The notes below the pieces were generated by a model, which did not search any database, was not told the origin of the DNA, and was given only the letters and a program-made list of their open reading frames with translations. Below are positions 59,415-64,000 of a stretch of DNA of 64,000 nt, one piece after another. The position numbers were made by a program, and so were the translations under genes. The stretch spans positions 320,001 to 384,000 of the forward strand of contig CAVYGB010000001.1 of NCBI GenBank assembly GCA_963767925.1. The letters are read 5' to 3'. The stretch comes from an uncultured delta proteobacterium. Its GTDB lineage: Bacteria > Myxococcota_A > Polyangia > Fen-1088. Numbering within the stretch: position 1 is the first letter of the stretch; each line of letters opens with the position of its first letter.

Positions 59415-60012
59415 GCTCACCATGGCCCCCATCGTACACGGGACCCGGCGCCGGTCCCAGGCGGTGAGGTCGCTTGATGCTCGCGCGTGCGCAGGCGATC
59501 CGACGCCGACGCCGACGAGGTCGATGCTGTGCTCGCTGGCCCTGGTCTCTGTGGGCTTCGACCGCTGCGTCCGGGCCGGCGTTCCATCGGAAAATCGAGC
59601 GGTACTCGACTGGCGAGGGCACTGTTGAGGGTCGTTCACGGGCACGCGCCTCAACGCCCGCGTGAAGAAGACGACCTCGGTCGTGGAGGGCGCGATTGGT
59701 CTCAACCTGACCATCACCTTGTGGGCGGCGCCGTCGAAGAAGTTCATGCCGTGGGACGTGCTCGACTTCGTCGGAGGGCTTCACCACCACATACGATGAC
59801 GGGCGCGTGGTGACCGTCGACTTCGTACCGCTGCGCCCGACGAAGTTCGCACACGTGAAGCTCGACTGCGTGGTGTACTGGTCGCCGATGGCCATGACCC
59901 CGGATAGCAGGTCAATCTTCGCGGCGCGCCGGGTCCGGGCTGGCGTGGACATCGTGAAGAGCCGGCGCCAACGTCTGAGCGTCCAGACTCCGGACTTCCC
60001 GGCGGAGGCGAA

Positions 60013-61047
60013 ATGTTCAAACTCCTGATCGACACCTGCGTATGGCTCGACCTCGCAAGACGGATGGAACTGCGGCCGATCCTCGGTGCGGTCGAAGAGA
60101 TGCTGAGGCACGACATGGTCGCTCTGATCGTGCCTCGCCTCGTGCTGGACGAGTTCAAGCGAAACCGGGAGCGCATTGAGAGGGAGAGCGCCAAGGGCCT
60201 GTCAGCGCATTTCCGCGTGGTGAAGGAAGCCGTCAGCCGGGCTGGCGGCAGCAAGCGGAGGACAAAGACCCTGCTCGCGAAGCTGGACGACGTCGACCAC
60301 AAGATCCCGCTCATCGGCGGCGAGGCCGTCGGCGTCCTCAACCGCATCGAAAAGTTGGTGGCGGCGGTCCCGGTCGTGGAGGCCTCCGACGCGGTCAAGC
60401 TGCGTGCCGTGGAGCGGGCCGTCGACAGGCGAGCGCCCTTCCACTCGGGCAAGAACGCCATGGCGGATGCGCTGCTGATGGAGATCTATGCCGAGTGCAT
60501 GCGGGACAAGGCCGCGGCCGGCGACCGCTTCGTGTTCGTCACCCACAACAAGGCGGACTTCAGCTTGCCGAATGGGGACCAGCGCCTCCCTCACCCCGAC
60601 TTCGCCGGCTCGTTTTCGCGCATCAAATCCCTTTACTTCATCAACCTCGTCGAGGCCCTGCGGCGCGTGGCCCCCGCGATGGTGACGGACGTGATGCTCG
60701 AATACTCGATCGTCGAGGAGCCGCGCGGGCTCTCGGAGATCCTGGAGGCGGAGGACTTGCTGTTCCATCAGGTCTGGTACACGCGCCACCTCATCCTCAT
60801 GCACGGGGTGAAGACGGGGCGAGTGAAGGTCGTCGAGAAGGAGACCTATCCCCGCCCGCCAGGAGCGCCCGAGACCATCACGGGCGACACGCTGAAGGTG
60901 GCGCGGGCCGCCGGTCGCCGGGTGCTCAAGAAGTACGGCAAGAAGAACCTCGGGCCGTGGGACGACTTTTACTGGGGGATGGTTAACGGTAAGCTGTCGG
61001 CGCTCCGGTGGGTGCTCGGCAGCGAATGGGACTTCCTCGACACGTAG
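60013..61047 (+). CDS. PIN-domain ribonuclease-like protein (DUF4935-like)
   Basis: LLIDTCVWLD, VLDEF, ADALL, FVTHNKADF; GGAGG SD. Confidence 0.78.
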   Translation: MFKLLIDTCVWLDLARRMELRPILGAVEEMLRHDMVALIVPRLVLDEFKRNRERIERESAKGLSAHFRVVKEAVSRAGGSKRRTKTLLAKLDDVDHKIPLIGGEAVGVLNRIEKLVAAVPVVEASDAVKLRAVERAVDRRAPFHSGKNAMADALLMEIYAECMRDKAAAGDRFVFVTHNKADFSLPNGDQRLPHPDFAGSFSRIKSLYFINLVEALRRVAPAMVTDVMLEYSIVEEPRGLSEILEAEDLLFHQVWYTRHLILMHGVKTGRVKVVEKETYPRPPGAPETITGDTLKVARAAGRRVLKKYGKKNLGPWDDFYWGMVNGKLSALRWVLGSEWDFLDT

Positions 61048-61113
61048 GCCCGGCGATCGACTCGTAGTCGACCGCCCCTGCTCGGAGATACCGGACGCCC
61101 CGATCCTGGTGCG

Positions 61114-61140
61114 CACTGAACTAACTTTCAGTGTTAGACT
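61114..61140 (+). promoter_or_regulatory. Inverted repeat plus -10-like element upstream of the AlbA_2 gene
   Basis: CACTGAA-ctaact-TTCAGTG followed by TAGACT. Confidence 0.45.
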
Positions 61141-61149
61141 GGGAGCACT

Positions 61150-62337
61150 ATGGAGCTGGTGGAGTCGACACGTTCGGCCCTCGACGACGGGGTGAGGGTG
61201 ATTGTCCGTGAGCTTACGGAGAGCGCCCACAAGGACATCGGGCGCAAGATTATCGAGGCGCGGGTCAACCGTGGCTTCGCCTACCGCGAGGGCCTCCGCG
61301 AGCTGCGCGAGCGCCTGCCGGAGTACGAGAGAAGACTCATCGACCTCCATCTCGACCTCGGCGCGCGAGACCCCGAGGCCATCGCCGAGAGCATCTCCGC
61401 GGAACTTCGGCAGCACGTGTCCACGGTGGGCAGGAGCATCGCGTGCTCGTTCCGCGGGCGCGATGTGGCGTGGGCGGGACGAGAGGCGATGCAATTCGAA
61501 GCCGACATCGGGGGCTACGCGGCCGGTGTCGCGGGTCGGGTGCGCGTGGCGGTTGAGTTACAGCGGCGGAAGGATCAGGCGGGTGCGATGAAGGCGCTGG
61601 AGACACAATACCTCCCTATGACTCGAGCGCGCACGTTGGCCGAGCTGCTCACCTACGGGGAGTCGGCGTGGCTCGACTGGAAGGGCGACTTCTGGGCGGG
61701 CGTTGTCGACAGTAAGCACGTGCACCGTGAAGAGCATCGGGGCAAGCTGCTGAAGGCGATCGTCTCGATCGCGAACAGCATCGTTGATGAGCGCGGCTAC
61801 CTCGTCTTCGGTGTCGAAGACAAACCCGACGGTCGGAACGTGGTGGGCGTGAAGACCTCCTTCGACGACGCCACGTTCCAGGACTGGAGCGCGAAGGCGT
61901 TCAACCCCCCTGTGCAGTTCCGCTACCTGCAGGAAGAGCGCGAGGGCAGGCGCGTAGGGTTCTTCGAGATCATGCCGTCGTCGGACTACCCGCACGTCTG
62001 TGCCCAGGAGTTCAAGGGCGAGATGCATGTCGGACAGGTCTGGCTACGCCGCGGAACCCGGAACTCCATTGCCGCATACTCCGACTTCAAGCGCATGTTC
62101 GCGCCGGCCGAGCCGCTGCGGGTTCCTGCCCTTGAGGGCGCGGTAGTCGCTCAGGTCAAAGCGCTGTGGGAGCCCGAGGGCTGGGAGGTCTGCGGGCCTC
62201 GCCTGGACGAGCGCGACGAGAAGCTCGCGCAGGGCTGGCGGTTGGCCTACGAGCCGGGGCGCCGTCGCGAGATTCGCCTTTGCCAGGGCAACGTCGACCA
62301 CCACGTGCTGATGCTTCGCCGAAAGCGGAGCCGATGA
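61150..62337 (+). CDS. Schlafen/AlbA_2-domain protein with N- and C-terminal extensions
   Basis: GESAWLDWK..LLKAIVSIANS..GYLVFGVED..VVGV..WLRRGT. Confidence 0.75.
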   Translation: MELVESTRSALDDGVRVIVRELTESAHKDIGRKIIEARVNRGFAYREGLRELRERLPEYERRLIDLHLDLGARDPEAIAESISAELRQHVSTVGRSIACSFRGRDVAWAGREAMQFEADIGGYAAGVAGRVRVAVELQRRKDQAGAMKALETQYLPMTRARTLAELLTYGESAWLDWKGDFWAGVVDSKHVHREEHRGKLLKAIVSIANSIVDERGYLVFGVEDKPDGRNVVGVKTSFDDATFQDWSAKAFNPPVQFRYLQEEREGRRVGFFEIMPSSDYPHVCAQEFKGEMHVGQVWLRRGTRNSIAAYSDFKRMFAPAEPLRVPALEGAVVAQVKALWEPEGWEVCGPRLDERDEKLAQGWRLAYEPGRRREIRLCQGNVDHHVLMLRRKRSR

Positions 62338-62879
62338 CGGTAACCGACCGCGTCGGTCACTCCGATCAGAAGCTGCGTCGAATGTTCGATGAGTTGCGCG
62401 CTCGGCACGAGAACAAGATCGAGCGCGGCAAGAAGCTGCTCATCGTCATCAACGGAAGGCTCGGCGGCTACGAGGCTCAGCTGGGCGGTATGTTCTCGCC
62501 GCCGAAAAATGGCCGCGATAGCTGCGTTCGCGTGCGCTTCTACCGTGATCACCAAGCCGTTCCGGGGCCGGCCCTCGACGAGGTGTGGACTCTTGCCGAC
62601 GAGCTGGGCCACTGGCGATCGTGGGCCGGGAATGAGCGGCCGTCGGGTTACGACGAGTTGGTCGCCGCGGACGCTCGCGAGCGATGGAGCGACCTACCGG
62701 AGGTCAGCCGCATGGTGATCTTCGACGAGGTCCGGGCATGGCAACACGGCAGGAGACTTGCCGCCGAAGTCGGATTCGAGGATTGGGTTGCATACGTGAA
62801 GAGGGCTCAGCAGAGCCTGCGGACGTATTGCGAGAAGCTCGGCCTTCCGCCGGAGCTGGCGGACGGCTTCGAGACGTGA
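62334..62879 (+). CDS. Zincin/IrrE-like protein with degenerate motif DELGH
   Basis: ATGA overlap with the AlbA_2 gene; WTLADELGHW..DEVRAW..G..LA. Confidence 0.55.
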   Translation: MTVTDRVGHSDQKLRRMFDELRARHENKIERGKKLLIVINGRLGGYEAQLGGMFSPPKNGRDSCVRVRFYRDHQAVPGPALDEVWTLADELGHWRSWAGNERPSGYDELVAADARERWSDLPEVSRMVIFDEVRAWQHGRRLAAEVGFEDWVAYVKRAQQSLRTYCEKLGLPPELADGFET

Positions 62880-63017
62880 GGTGCCCCATCGGGGCGGCTG
62901 CGACGGGACAACGCTCACGTTGTCGCCCGGCGACCCTGTGCACCCTCCCGCGCAGGGGCCTCCGCAGGCCCGCCGCACCCCCTCGGCTCAGTGCAGGAGC
63001 GCGCGGGCGCGAGCGCA

Positions 63018-63114
63018 GGGTTCCGCATTCTGGGCGACCCTCGGCCGGGTGATGCCCGACTACGAACAGCGCCGGGGGGACCTGCGCCGGGCGGGGGCGA
63101 GTTTCCTCTGGTGA
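63018..63114 (+). pseudogene. C-terminal fragment of a YgjP-like metallohydrolase
   Basis: SAFWATLGRVMPDYEQRR..LR..G...W stop. Confidence 0.55.
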
Positions 63115-63230
63115 AGGGCGAGCAGCTCGGGCGCGGACCCCTCGATGCGGGCCGATCCCAGGTTTTCGCGGTCGCTCCGCTGGCGTCACGAGATCCGTCA
63201 CGCACGGAACGCCTGTGCCACAATGCCTCC

Positions 63231-64000
63231 GTGCCCGCTGATTCCGACCTCTTGACCAGCCTTTTGCAGGCGATTAGCCAGCGCCGCTGGGAAGATGCTG
63301 TGCGTTATGGAGAGCAGATTGCCGATCGCGAAGCCACGAAGGGCCACGCCCGTGTTGCCCGGAAGCTTCGGGGTGCACTTGCGTCCCACGACGCGGACGG
63401 GGGCGCGGCATCGTCGGTCACCCCGGTGGGAGCCTCGCTGGCGGGGGCGCTCCTGCAGGTCGACCCGGTGGACGGTCTGGATGCGGTTGTCTTGCCCGCC
63501 GACCGGGCGCGCCCGTCTGGCCGAGCTCGTTCAAGAGTGGCGCCTGCGCGATCGCCTGGGGGCTGCGGGGGTCGAGCGCCGAACGAAGCTCTTGCTCCAT
63601 GGCCGCCCAGGCTGTGGCAAGACGCTGACCGCCCGGGCGCTGGGCGGCGAGATGTCGTTGCCGGTGCTCGTCGTCAGGTTCGATGGGGTGGTCGGCTCCT
63701 ACCTCGGCCAGACGGCGGCTCGGCTGCGCGAGCTCTTCCGTTACGCCGAGGCCGTACCGTCGGTTCTGGTGCTCGACGAGATCGACGCGCTCGCGCAGCG
63801 CCGGGGAAACCCGCGCGACGTGGGCGAGGTCGATCGCGTGGTCATCTCGTTGCTACAGGAGCTCGAGCACTCCCGGCCCCGGGGGCTCATCGTCGCCAGC
63901 TCCAATATCCCTCGCGCCCTGGACGAAGCGCTCTGGCGGCGGTTCGACCTGGTCCTTGGCCTTCCCTCACCGTCCCGCCCGCAGATTCATTCCTTCGCGC
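63231..64000 (+). CDS. AAA+ ATPase (IetA-like), frameshift near 63505, runs off the window
   Basis: Translated by hand: LLHGRPGCGKT, VVGSYLGQT, LDEIDA..RR..DVGEVDRVV.SLLQ, LDEALWRRFD. Confidence 0.8.
   Translation, partial: MPADSDLLTSLLQAISQRRWEDAVRYGEQIADREATKGHARVARKLRGALASHDADGGAASSVTPVGASLAGALLQVDPVDGLDAVVLPADRARPSGRARSRVAPARSPGGCGGRAPNEALAPWPPRLWQDADRPGAGRRDVVAGARRQVRWGGRLLPRPDGGSAARALPLRRGRTVGSGARRDRRARAAPGKPARRGRGRSRGHLVATGARALPAPGAHRRQLQYPSRPGRSALAAVRPGPWPSLTVPPADSFLR

Noticed and set aside
59630..60028. Possible small gene upstream of the PIN gene
   Set aside because: Both strands give broken, motif-free frames; strand and boundaries cannot be assigned

Overview
This is a very GC-rich bacterial window whose gene content suggests Myxococcota (inference). 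It has many secreted lipoproteins and carbohydrate-active enzymes, a REC-EAL gene beside a NarL-type two-component pair, a SWIM-SNF2 helicase and two MNT-HEPN toxin-antitoxin loci, one with a truncated toxin. There are two defence-like accessory regions. The first (19.6-27.4 kb) is a decayed type I restriction-modification operon led by a sigma-54 activator, with a divergent coiled-coil nuclease gene. The second (53.3-64 kb) has an internally deleted ISKra4-like element, an XPB-DUF790 pair, PIN, AlbA_2/Schlafen and zincin-like genes, and an IetA-like AAA ATPase. Three signals stand out: (1) an unannotated 12-codon leader peptide, MPDDDDDLEKRA, with two mutually exclusive RNA helices directly upstream of an archaeal-type aspartyl-tRNA synthetase, a candidate Asp-sensing attenuator; (2) a ~1420-aa protein with an internal Hint domain and a pore-former-like hydrophobic C-terminus; (3) a visible enhancer plus -24/-12 promoter layout linking the sigma-54 activator to the nuclease. 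Many genes carry frameshifts or sharp deletion junctions, which could be real decay or assembly error. All family names come from motif recognition by eye, not from database searches. No rRNA, tRNA or CRISPR array was seen.
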